NCBI GenBank assembly: GCA_050185275.1 | Contig: JBFWZN010000010.1 | Coordinates: forward strand, 27,487 to 91,486 | Length of the DNA: 64,000 nt | Source of the DNA: Vicinamibacterales bacterium | Lineage (GTDB): Bacteria; Acidobacteriota; Vicinamibacteria; Vicinamibacterales; UBA2999 | Reading direction: 5' to 3' | Part shown: one piece after another, positions 8,616 to 16,767 of the stretch | Layout: every line of letters begins with the position of its first letter | Position numbering within the stretch: the stretch's first letter is position 1 | Made by a program: the position numbers and the translations under genes | The notes under the pieces: generated by a model | Told to the model about the DNA's origin: nothing | Databases searched by the model: none | What the model saw: only the letters and a program-made list of their open reading frames with translations

Positions 8616-9031
8616 GCCTACCTCCCTCCTGCCACACCAGGCGCGTTCGATGCCCGGAAGCTCGGCGTCACGATGCCGTGACGACCATATGACGTTACGG
8701 TTAAATGTACATCAATTCAAGTAAACAATTGATCCCTATGGACTTGTTACATCTGTGAACGGCGGGATCCCCTGTGTGAGGGGGTATCGGCAGGTCGTGC
8801 GGCGGCCTGAAACCCGTCCTCGTCCGGTCGCGTCGTGACGTCGGCGCGTGGCGGTCGGTCGGCACCGCTCGACGGTTGGCGCTGCGCAGCGGGTGCGATG
8901 CCGCCGGCTCCGACGCCGTAAGCGCGCTGGTGTCGCACGTCGATACCCGGCTCCCGGGGGCAGGCTTCGGATCGACGGCGCGGGGCGCGGTGCCGACGTG
9001 CGGAAGCGTGGAGGGGACTCGCGGGCGGGTA

Positions 9032-9490
9032 TCAGAGCACGACGATCGTCACACCCGGATTGTGGGGATCGAGGTGGAACCCGCGGACGGCAGCGATGCC
9101 TTCGAGACGGCGATGGAGGGCCGCCCTGATGCGGCCCCCGCTGCGGCCGTGAATCAGGCGCAGGTGTCCTGCATCGGAGAGGAGCGCGCGATTGAGCGCG
9201 TCGTCCACGCGCGAGAGGGCTTCTTCGACGGTGAGACCGTGGAGGTCCACCTCGGTGGGGCCCTCCGCCGCGGCAGGTGCCCCGGGGGAACGTCCGCCGG
9301 GTGTCGCCTGCCGGTTCGCTCGTATCGACCGGTCGGCGCGTGACACGGCGCCCGACGGCAGGGACTGGAGCTGCGCCACGCGCAGCTCCAGCTGTCGTCC
9401 TCCGACCTCCACCAGGCAGCGGTCGCGGTTGCGCACTTCGCGCACCACGCCCTTGCCGAACGGCGTCTGGACGACGTCGCCTACGACCAT
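9032..9490 (-). CDS. Smr (MutS2 C-terminal-like) domain protein
   Basis: The C-terminal Smr signature is VDLHGLTVEEAL...LRLIHGRSGG. A small beta-rich N-terminal domain precedes it. Confidence 0.8.
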   Translation of the reverse strand: MVVGDVVQTPFGKGVVREVRNRDRCLVEVGGRQLELRVAQLQSLPSGAVSRADRSIRANRQATPGGRSPGAPAAAEGPTEVDLHGLTVEEALSRVDDALNRALLSDAGHLRLIHGRSGGRIRAALHRRLEGIAAVRGFHLDPHNPGVTIVVL

Positions 9491-9535
9491 GCCCAGATCA
9501 TGCCCCCGGGTGCATGCTCCGGTCCTGGCCGGGCG

Positions 9536-10999
9536 TCAGTTGCCCGCGCTGCCGGCCGCCGCGTCCCGCAGCGCCGTGAAGGGCGCTTCCTGGCCGTGCA
9601 GCGGCACGATGCGGTCCACGCGCAGGTTCCGTCGCTCGATGTTCTCGAGCAGGTTGGGCGCGAATGGCGCGACGGCGGCACCAGGCGTGAACACGTCCAC
9701 TTCGACGAGCATGCGGGTCGCCGGGAAGTACGCCATCAGCATCGTGCTCGCGTGGGGATTGCCTTCCACCCAGAAGAGCTGCATGGTCATCTGGCCGTCG
9801 CTGCGCTCCATCTGGCCGCCGGTCACTGGCTCCACCGTCACGGGTCGCGGGTTCTGCTGGAGCGCGTCCGGGCTCGCCGTGTGGGGCCGCGTGCCCGCCT
9901 CCTGGTAGTACGCCGCGTTGTCTTCGTGGGTGACGATGGTCAGCCCCTCGGCGATGGCCGCGCGGATACCGCCCGAGTGGTCGAAGTGGTGGTGCGTGTT
10001 GATGAGGTGCGTCAGGGGCTTGCCTGGCACCGTCTCGCGCGCCTTCGCGATGACGGCCAGGGCCCGCGTGTCGTTCTGCGGGGCCTCGATCAGCTCGAGG
10101 TGGTCGGCGAACTCGACCAGCACGCTGTGATGCGACTGGCCGCCGAGCAGCCAGACACCGGGGGAGAGCTGCTCCACGGTGACGTTGGCGGGGGGCACGC
10201 CCGTCACTTCCGCCGCGGACGCCGCGGCCTCGGGCGCCGCCAGATCACCCGTGTCGCCGTTCACCGTCTGATTGGCGACCGTGATGTCGTTGGTGAGGAA
10301 GCGGTCGGTGCGGGTGGTGAGCCGGGTCGGCAGCTGCAGGCCGTTCACGTCCTGATAGTCGGCGAAGGTCGTCTCGACGACCACGTCACCGAGGTTGGTG
10401 TTGTAGGCGGTCGAGCGGACCCGCGTCGGCAGCTTCGTCGTGGCGTCGATGGCCAGGGTCAGCGTTGCGCCGTCCACGGTCACGTCCACGAGCGACTCGC
10501 CGCCCTCGGTCCGGGCGTTGGCCACGGCCGCCATCGGGTCGAGGGCCGCGCGCACGATGGCCAGCGGATGATGGTAGAGCTCGACCCGCCGGTCCTCGGC
10601 GACCTGGTTGCTGGCACGGGCCGCCATGCCGTTGCCGCCGACGTTGTAGGCCACGGCCCCGTCCACACCCGCGATCTGGCGCTGCGGCTGCTGCCCCTGA
10701 AAGTACGGGAAGTTCGGCGTCCGGGTCTGCTCCGTCCGCGCGCGTCCGCCCGCGAGGTCCACGGCCCGGCGGTACTCGGTGAGCGAGAAGGTCTGCCCGG
10801 TGGCATCCATGGTCACGTCCTGCCCCATGTTGCCCTGGCTGCCCTCACCCTCCATGACGAGGGTGTTCGCTGCCAGCACCTGGTCCCGGCCGCCCAGGGC
10901 TTCGGCGGCGTCGTTGACGATCTGCTGTTCGGGGGTGGCCTGCGAGCAGGCGCTGATCAGAAGGGCGGCCAGGAGGGCCGCCGGTGCCTTGCGTGTCAT
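9536..10999 (-). CDS. MBL-fold metallo-hydrolase lipoprotein
   Basis: The internal Met at 10999 gives lipobox LLISAC. The metal motif is INTHHHFDHSGG. The rest of the 898-aa ORF upstream is a high-GC artefact. Confidence 0.8.
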   Translation of the reverse strand: MTRKAPAALLAALLISACSQATPEQQIVNDAAEALGGRDQVLAANTLVMEGEGSQGNMGQDVTMDATGQTFSLTEYRRAVDLAGGRARTEQTRTPNFPYFQGQQPQRQIAGVDGAVAYNVGGNGMAARASNQVAEDRRVELYHHPLAIVRAALDPMAAVANARTEGGESLVDVTVDGATLTLAIDATTKLPTRVRSTAYNTNLGDVVVETTFADYQDVNGLQLPTRLTTRTDRFLTNDITVANQTVNGDTGDLAAPEAAASAAEVTGVPPANVTVEQLSPGVWLLGGQSHHSVLVEFADHLELIEAPQNDTRALAVIAKARETVPGKPLTHLINTHHHFDHSGGIRAAIAEGLTIVTHEDNAAYYQEAGTRPHTASPDALQQNPRPVTVEPVTGGQMERSDGQMTMQLFWVEGNPHASTMLMAYFPATRMLVEVDVFTPGAAVAPFAPNLLENIERRNLRVDRIVPLHGQEAPFTALRDAAAGSAGN

Positions 11000-11085
11000 G
11001 AGTACGACTCCATCGGCTGAGGTACGAATCTGCAACCACTGCGTGCAGCCGGCGAAGCATAGCATTGCCGCTCGTGGAACCGACC

Positions 11086-11113
11086 TTGACACCGCTGCGC
11101 CGCAGGGGATAAT
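11086..11113 (+). promoter_or_regulatory. sigma-70-type promoter candidate (TTGACA-16-GATAAT) for the dienelactone hydrolase gene
   Basis: TTGACA at 11086-11091 and GATAAT at 11108-11113, about 120 nt upstream of ATG 11234. Confidence 0.45.
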
Positions 11114-11233
11114 GCGACATTCATCGCTATGTGCCGCTGCCGTGGCCCGGGTGCGCGTGGCGTTCCTGTCCGCCGCGACCCGAACGTCATCGTGATCCGT
11201 CCCACCAACATCGTTGCCGAAGGAGTGAGTTTG

Positions 11234-12124
11234 ATGGAACGAAAGAAGGCCTCTGATTATCCGCAGGAACTGCTGGACCTGTTCCACGAGTACCAGCACG
11301 GCGCCATCAGCCGCCGGGCGTTCCTGGACGGCGCCCAGAAGTTCGCCATTGGCGGGCTCACGGCTGCCGCCATCTACGAGAGTCTGAAGCCCAACTTCGC
11401 CTGGGCCCAGCAGGTGGCGCCCACCGACCCGCGCATCACCACCGAGCGGGTCACCGTGCAGTCGCCCCGCGGGCACGGGTCCATCTCCGGACTCCTCGCC
11501 AAGCCGGCCGGCGGCGGTCGCCAGCCCGGCATCCTCGTCATCCACGAGAACCGCGGGCTCAACCCCTACGTCGAGGACGTGGCCCGGCGTCTGGCCGCGG
11601 CCAACTTCGTGGCGTTCGCGCCGGACGGCCTCTCGTCGGTGGGCGGCTATCCCGGCAACGAGGAGGAAGGCGCGGCGAAGTTCCGTGAGGTCGATCGTGA
11701 CAAGATGACCGAGGACTTCGAGGCCGCGGCACGCTGGCTGAAGGCTCGCGCCGACGTGAACGGACGGATCGGCGTGACCGGCTTCTGTTTCGGCGGCGGC
11801 ATCGCCAACGTGCTCGCCGTGCGCATGGGCGCGGACCTGGCGGCGGCGGCGCCGTACTACGGTGCGGCGCCCCCCGCGGCCGACGTGCCCAAGATCAAGG
11901 CGGCCGTGATGGTGCACCATGGCCAGGCCGACACCCGTCTCGTCGAGGCGTGGCCCGCCTACGAGGCAGCGCTCAAGGCGGCCGGCGTGACCTACGAGGG
12001 GTACATCTACCCGAACGCGCAGCACGGGTTCCACAACGACACGACGCCGCGCTACGACGAGGCCGCGGCGAAGCAGTCGTGGGATCGCACGCTCGCCTGG
12101 TTCAACCGCTACGTGCGCGGCTGA
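11234..12124 (+). CDS. dienelactone hydrolase family protein
   Basis: RBS GAAGGAG precedes ATG 11234. A Tat-like N-terminus (SRRAFLDG) is present, with ILVIHENRGLNPY and the nucleophile region GVTGFCFGGG. Confidence 0.85.
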   Translation: MERKKASDYPQELLDLFHEYQHGAISRRAFLDGAQKFAIGGLTAAAIYESLKPNFAWAQQVAPTDPRITTERVTVQSPRGHGSISGLLAKPAGGGRQPGILVIHENRGLNPYVEDVARRLAAANFVAFAPDGLSSVGGYPGNEEEGAAKFREVDRDKMTEDFEAAARWLKARADVNGRIGVTGFCFGGGIANVLAVRMGADLAAAAPYYGAAPPAADVPKIKAAVMVHHGQADTRLVEAWPAYEAALKAAGVTYEGYIYPNAQHGFHNDTTPRYDEAAAKQSWDRTLAWFNRYVRG

Positions 12125-12150
12125 CGGGCACCGCGTTTCGCACGCTGCAG

Positions 12151-12190
12151 GGCCCCGGCGCCGCATGGCGTCGGGGCCCTTTCTGCTGTA
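12151..12190 (+). terminator. Rho-independent terminator candidate
   Basis: A 12-bp stem pairs GGCCCCGGCGCC (12151-12162) with GGCGTCGGGGCC (12167-12178). It has one G-U pair and loop GCAT, and is followed by CTTTCTGCTGT. Confidence 0.6.
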
Positions 12191-12216
12191 CCGGCGCCGC
12201 GCGCCCGCGAGATTGT

Positions 12217-12373
12217 CGCGTGGGTGTCGCACGCCCGCCCGGTCCTCCGGCGCGACGCCGTGGGAACACGATGCTCCAGGGGATTCGGGTCCCTCCCCTT
12301 GTGCAACGCTTTCCGGACTGCCGCTGTCACGCCTGGCGCAAGTCGGACCGGGACGGCGTGCGACACCGACGCG
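12217..12373. repeat. nested imperfect inverted repeat (about 26 bp of pairing enclosing about 99 nt)
   Basis: Three arm pairs: 12217-12221/12369-12373 (5 bp), 12223-12235/12355-12367 (13 bp, perfect) and 12238-12245/12345-12352 (8 bp). The inner sequence has further local hairpins, such as AGGGGA..TCCCCT. Confidence 0.6.
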
Positions 12374-12382
12374 CGAACGGCA

Positions 12383-12724
12383 CTAGTGCCTGAAGATGAA
12401 ATAGACGGCGCCGCACAGGCACAGCCCCGCCCACAGATAGTCGAGACGCAGCGGTTCCCGCATCACGAGCCACGAGAACGGGACGAACACGCTGAGCGTC
12501 ACCACCTCCTGCAGGATCTTCAGCTGGCCGAGGTCGAGTTCGCGGTACCCGATGCGATTGGCCGGCACCTGCAGCAGATACTCGAACAGCGCGATGCCCC
12601 AGCTGACCAGGGCCGCCACGTACCAGGCGCGATGGCCGAGCGTCCGGAGGTGGCCGTACCACGCGACGGTCATGAAGATGTTCGACAGAATGAGCAGACC
12701 GGTGGCCTGAACGATGATCGGCAT
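12383..12724 (-). CDS. DMT-superfamily small membrane protein (DUF486)
   Basis: The C-terminal 113 aa of ORF 12383..13393, read from Met 12724: MPIIVQATGLLILSNIFMTVAWYGHL...ALFEYLLQVPANRIGY. Confidence 0.8.
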   Translation of the reverse strand: MPIIVQATGLLILSNIFMTVAWYGHLRTLGHRAWYVAALVSWGIALFEYLLQVPANRIGYRELDLGQLKILQEVVTLSVFVPFSWLVMREPLRLDYLWAGLCLCGAVYFIFRH

Positions 12725-12864
12725 GGGGTTCCCCGCGAAGGAGACGGTGGGCACGAGGGCGGGTGCGGTGGACGGGACTTCGATATGATCGGGCCGGCCG
12801 GCCCGCCCCGCCATTATCAACCGGCCGGGGCGCCGCGTGCTGGCGCCGGCAGGAGGAGTCAACC

Positions 12865-13830
12865 GTGAAGGCTGTCGTCGTGCACGAGTTCGGCCCGCCC
12901 GACGTGATGCGGGTCGAAGATGTCGAGGCGCCGTCGCCCGGCCCGACCGACGTGCTGGTGCGGGTGCGTGCCACCGGCGTGAACCCGGTGGATACGTACG
13001 TGCGCGCTGGCACCGCGGCCCGGCCGGCCCTTCCCTACGTGCCCGGGATGGACTTTGCCGGCATCGTGGAGGCGGTGGGGAACCAGGTGACGGGCCTCCG
13101 CGCCGGTGCACGCGTGTACGGCAGCGGCACGCCGATGGCGGGCGGCGCGTGCGCGGAACTGGTGGTTCGCGACCAGGCGCACGTCTACCCACTGCCCGAC
13201 GGCTGTGGGTTCGCGCAGGGGGCCGCGCTCGGCATTCCGTACGGCACCGCCTGGCGGGCATTGTTCCTGGTGGCCAACGCCCGGCCCGGGGACACGGTCC
13301 TCGTCCACGGCGCGAGCGGCGGCGCGGGCGTGGCCGCCGTGCAGATTGCCCGGGCAGCGGGGTTGAAGGTGATTGGCACCGCTGGCACCCCACAAGGGCT
13401 GGCGCTGGTCACTGCGCAGGGGGCGCACCATGCGCTCGACCACGGCACGCCCGACTACCTGCAGCAGGTGATGGCCATCACCGAGGGGCGCGGCGTGAAC
13501 CTGGTGCTCGAGATGCTCGCCAACGTGAACCTGGATCGCGATCTCGACATCCTGGCGCCCGCCGGGCAGGTCGTTGTGATCGGCAACCGGGGGCGGGTCG
13601 AGATCGATCCGCGGAAGCTGATGGTCCGCGATGCCTCGATCCATGGCCTGCTCATCTTCAACACGCGCCCGGAAGACCTGCGCGTGATCCATACGGGCGT
13701 TCGGGCGGGGCTCGAGACGGGTGCCCTGCGGCCAGCCGTGGCCTGCGAGCTGCCCCTGGCGGAGGCGGCCGCTGCCCACGCCCGCATCATGGAGCCCGGC
13801 GCGCAGGGCAAGATCGTCCTCGTGCCGTAG
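12865..13830 (+). CDS. NADPH:quinone reductase / zinc-type alcohol dehydrogenase family
   Basis: RBS AGGAGGA precedes GTG 12865. Motifs: VKAVVVHEFGPPDVM, PYVPGMDFAG, and cofactor motif VHGASGGAGVAAVQIA. Confidence 0.85.
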   Translation: MKAVVVHEFGPPDVMRVEDVEAPSPGPTDVLVRVRATGVNPVDTYVRAGTAARPALPYVPGMDFAGIVEAVGNQVTGLRAGARVYGSGTPMAGGACAELVVRDQAHVYPLPDGCGFAQGAALGIPYGTAWRALFLVANARPGDTVLVHGASGGAGVAAVQIARAAGLKVIGTAGTPQGLALVTAQGAHHALDHGTPDYLQQVMAITEGRGVNLVLEMLANVNLDRDLDILAPAGQVVVIGNRGRVEIDPRKLMVRDASIHGLLIFNTRPEDLRVIHTGVRAGLETGALRPAVACELPLAEAAAAHARIMEPGAQGKIVLVP

Positions 13831-13979
13831 GAAGCTCCGGCGCCCCGTGTGCGGACACAGGGGAACGCACCGTCGTGCGGACATCCGGAGTTCTCTCGTG
13901 CGGCCGGGCTGCCTTGACGGACCGTGGCCTCGGGGCCATCATCGACGCACGGCCGCGCGGAGCTACCCCGGCCGGACAT

Positions 13980-15428
13980 ATGCCTATGCGTGCCCTGCCG
14001 TCTGCCGCCGTCCTCGCCCTCACCGTCGTCGCGGCCTGCGCCGTCAACCCGGCCACTGGCGAACGCGAGTTCTCGCTCATGAGCGAGTCGCAGGAGATCG
14101 CCATCGGCCGGGAGTCGGACGCGCAGGTGCGTCAGGAGATGGGCATCTACGACGACCCCGACCTCCAGCGCTATGTCAGCGACATCGGCATGCGCCTGGC
14201 TGCGCTCTCCGAGCGACCGAATCTGCCGTGGCAGTTCACGGTGGTGGACGTGCCCGCCGTGAACGCGTTCGCGATTCCGGGCGGGTTCATCTACATCACG
14301 CGCGGCATCCTGCCGTTCCTCGCCAACGAGGCCCAGCTGGCCGGCGTGCTCGGACACGAGATCGGGCACGTCACCGCCCGGCATTCGGCGCAGCAGTATT
14401 CCCGCGCCGTGGGCGGGACTCTGGGGCTGGCGGCGCTTGGCATCTTCGTGCCTGCGGCGCGTCCGTTCGGCCAGATCTCCGAACAGGCGCTTGCCGTGCT
14501 GTTTCTCAAGTACGGACGGGACGACGAGCTCCAGGCCGACTCTCTCGGCGCGCGCTACGCCGCCTCGGGCGGCTGGGACCCGGCCGGCGTGCCCGCCTTC
14601 CTGTCCACGCTGGGCCGGCTGGATCAGGCGGCGGGGGACCGCCGCGGCGTACCGAACTGGCTGTCCACCCACCCGGAACCGCTCTCGCGGGTGGACGAGG
14701 TGGGCCCGCTCGTGGCGGAACTGAAGACGGGCAGTGGCGACTTCTCGGCCGACCGCGCCGCGTTCGAGCGTCAGATCGATGGGTTGATCTTCGGCGACGA
14801 CCCCACCCAGGGCGTCGTGCGTGGCAGCTCGTTCCTCCACCCGGAACTCCGGTTCCAGCTCGACTTTCCCAACCAGTGGCAGGTGAGCAACAGCCCGCAG
14901 CAGGTGCTGGCCAAGGCGCCCGACGCCGACGTGTTCATGCTGCTCGAGCTCGTGCAGCGTCCGCAGGGCGGCGACGTCCGCTCCGTTGCGCTCGGCCAGA
15001 TGCAGATGGCGGGCTTCCGCGCGGTGGAGGGGTCCGCCACCAGGATCGGCAACTTCGATGCCTTCCTCGGCCGCTACCAGGGTGCGATCGAGGGGCTCGG
15101 GGAGGTGGATATCCGGGCGGCGCACGTGGACTATGACGGCCGGGTCTACCTTATTGCCGGCATCGTGCCTTCGTCGGGGTTCGCCAGGGCCGATGCCACG
15201 TTCCAGACCGCCATCAGATCGTTCCGGGCCCTGTCGGCCCGCGAGGCGGAGGAGATCCGCCCGAATCTCGTGGACTTCTACACCGTGCGCAACGGCGACA
15301 CGTGGCAATCGATCGCGGCGCGCTCCGGCGGCGCCATCACGCCGGAAGCCCTGGCCGTGATGAACGAGGCCGACCCCGGCTCCACCCCGGCCACGGGCAC
15401 CCGCATCAAGATCGTCGTGGGTGGTTAG
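13980..15428 (+). CDS. M48 family metalloprotease lipoprotein with C-terminal LysM-like domain
   Basis: Met 13980 gives lipobox VVAAC. The protein has HEIGHVTARH (HExxH) and a C-terminal YTVRNGDTWQSIA...TRIKIV segment. The rest of ORF 12837..15428 is an artefact. Confidence 0.85.
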   Translation: MPMRALPSAAVLALTVVAACAVNPATGEREFSLMSESQEIAIGRESDAQVRQEMGIYDDPDLQRYVSDIGMRLAALSERPNLPWQFTVVDVPAVNAFAIPGGFIYITRGILPFLANEAQLAGVLGHEIGHVTARHSAQQYSRAVGGTLGLAALGIFVPAARPFGQISEQALAVLFLKYGRDDELQADSLGARYAASGGWDPAGVPAFLSTLGRLDQAAGDRRGVPNWLSTHPEPLSRVDEVGPLVAELKTGSGDFSADRAAFERQIDGLIFGDDPTQGVVRGSSFLHPELRFQLDFPNQWQVSNSPQQVLAKAPDADVFMLLELVQRPQGGDVRSVALGQMQMAGFRAVEGSATRIGNFDAFLGRYQGAIEGLGEVDIRAAHVDYDGRVYLIAGIVPSSGFARADATFQTAIRSFRALSAREAEEIRPNLVDFYTVRNGDTWQSIAARSGGAITPEALAVMNEADPGSTPATGTRIKIVVGG

Positions 15429-16407
15429 GTCCTCCGTGGCCAGGCCCCGCGTACTCACGCGCCTCCTGCAGGGCGTCCTGGCCCTGGCCGCGACCGCGTT
15501 CGCCGTGGTGGCGTACGCCTACCTCACGCTGCCCGACGTGCGCACGCTCGCCACCGACAACCCGGAGACGACGGCGTTCATGGACCTGCGCACCCGCGAG
15601 GCAGCCGCCGAGGGGCGCAGCCTCCGCCACGAGCGGCGGTGGCTGCCCTACGGTCGCATCTCGAGCCGCCTGAAGCGCGCCGTCCTCATCGCCGAGGACG
15701 ACGCGTTCTACCAGCACGACGGGGTGGATCTGGTTCAACTGCGGGAAGCCGTCCGTGAGAGCCTCGAAGAGGGCGGGCCGGTACGCGGCGCGAGCACGAT
15801 CACCCAGCAGCTGGCGAAAAACCTCTACCTGTCGCCCTCGCGCGATCCGCTCCGGAAAGTGAAGGAGCTGCTCATCGCGCGCCGGCTCGAGCGGGCACTC
15901 ACCAAGGACCGGATCTTCGAGCTGTATCTCAACGTCATCGAGTGGGGCGACGGCATCTGGGGCGCCGATGCCGCCGCGCGCGCCTACTTCGGCGTGTCGG
16001 CGTCGAGCCTCAGCGACGAGCAGGCAGCCTTGCTGGCGGGTGCGATCATCAACCCGCGCGTGCTCGACCCCGCGCGTCCGAATGGCCGGCTGCGGGCGCG
16101 CCAGCGATTGCTGCTGGGCCGCATGCGCGCGCGAGGCGCACCTGCCCTGCCGTCGGCGTCCGTCGGCGTCGAACCTGCGGCGACCCTCACCGAAGACAGC
16201 GCCTCTGGAGACGGTTCGTCGCTCGACGCGGCGGCGTCAGCGAGCGATCTGCAGCAGGACGGTGCCGAGACCTCGGCGTCCGGCGGCCCTGCTCTCGATG
16301 AGGCCGCCGGACCTGGTCTCGATGATGCCGGCGGCGACCCTGCTGTCGAAGGCGCGGTGACTGGCGAGGCAGAACCGTCCTCCTCGCGACTCCCTGTCGA
16401 GCCCTAG
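15421..16407 (+). CDS. mtgA: monofunctional peptidoglycan glycosyltransferase with an acidic low-complexity C-terminal tail
   Basis: GT51 motifs EDDAFYQHDGVD, GASTITQQLAKN and RKVKELLIARRLE are present. An N-terminal TM segment is also present. Confidence 0.85.
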   Translation: MVRSSVARPRVLTRLLQGVLALAATAFAVVAYAYLTLPDVRTLATDNPETTAFMDLRTREAAAEGRSLRHERRWLPYGRISSRLKRAVLIAEDDAFYQHDGVDLVQLREAVRESLEEGGPVRGASTITQQLAKNLYLSPSRDPLRKVKELLIARRLERALTKDRIFELYLNVIEWGDGIWGADAAARAYFGVSASSLSDEQAALLAGAIINPRVLDPARPNGRLRARQRLLLGRMRARGAPALPSASVGVEPAATLTEDSASGDGSSLDAAASASDLQQDGAETSASGGPALDEAAGPGLDDAGGDPAVEGAVTGEAEPSSSRLPVEP

Positions 16408-16651
16408 ACGACGGGATGCGTGCTCCGGGCGACTCGCATCACCGTCGCCGTCGGGCAGGGGTTGGACAGCCTGCGGACGTGTGCGCGTACCGGACGATGC
16501 TCGCGCGCGATCCGCGATCCGCTTGCACGAGGTTTCCCGCCGCTGACCCGGACTGCGGCAGCTCGCACCGGCTGAGGTCAAGGACCTCGTCGAGTCGCCG
16601 AATATGTGCCTGGGAGTCGGCGGTCGTGCACAGCGATCGGTGCCCTTCAGC

Positions 16652-16680
16652 TTGACACCCTTCGGGGCTGCCCGTACTAT
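16652..16680 (+). promoter_or_regulatory. near-consensus sigma-70 promoter (TTGACA-17-TACTAT)
   Basis: TTGACA at 16652-16657, exactly 17 nt of spacer, then TACTAT at 16675-16680. It lies about 88 nt upstream of ATG 16768. Confidence 0.6.
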
Positions 16681-16767
16681 GCGGCGCGGTTCCACTCCAC
16701 GAACAAATCAGGAGAGCAGACGGCTGCGGGACGAGGTGTGTCCGGTCGTCGTGCGCGACCCTGCGCG

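Noticed and set aside
8925-8935. 11-mer GGTGTCGCACG shared with the left arm of the 12.2-kb inverted repeat, suggesting a repeat family.
   Set aside because: The match does not extend, the flanks do not align in either orientation, and CG-rich 11-mers recur by chance in this composition. A genome-wide search is needed.
9536-12232. 898-aa ORF suggesting a giant MBL-fold protein.
   Set aside because: The upstream ~410 codons run antisense through the dienelactone hydrolase gene and its promoter region, and are Arg/Gly/His-rich. A clean lipoprotein signal (LLISAC) begins at the internal Met 10999, with a GGAG RBS.
12837-15428. 863-aa ORF fusing the quinone reductase region to the M48 protease.
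   Set aside because: The first ~380 codons overlap the quinone reductase gene in another frame and are Arg/Gly/Pro-rich. The protease begins at Met 13980 with a lipobox.
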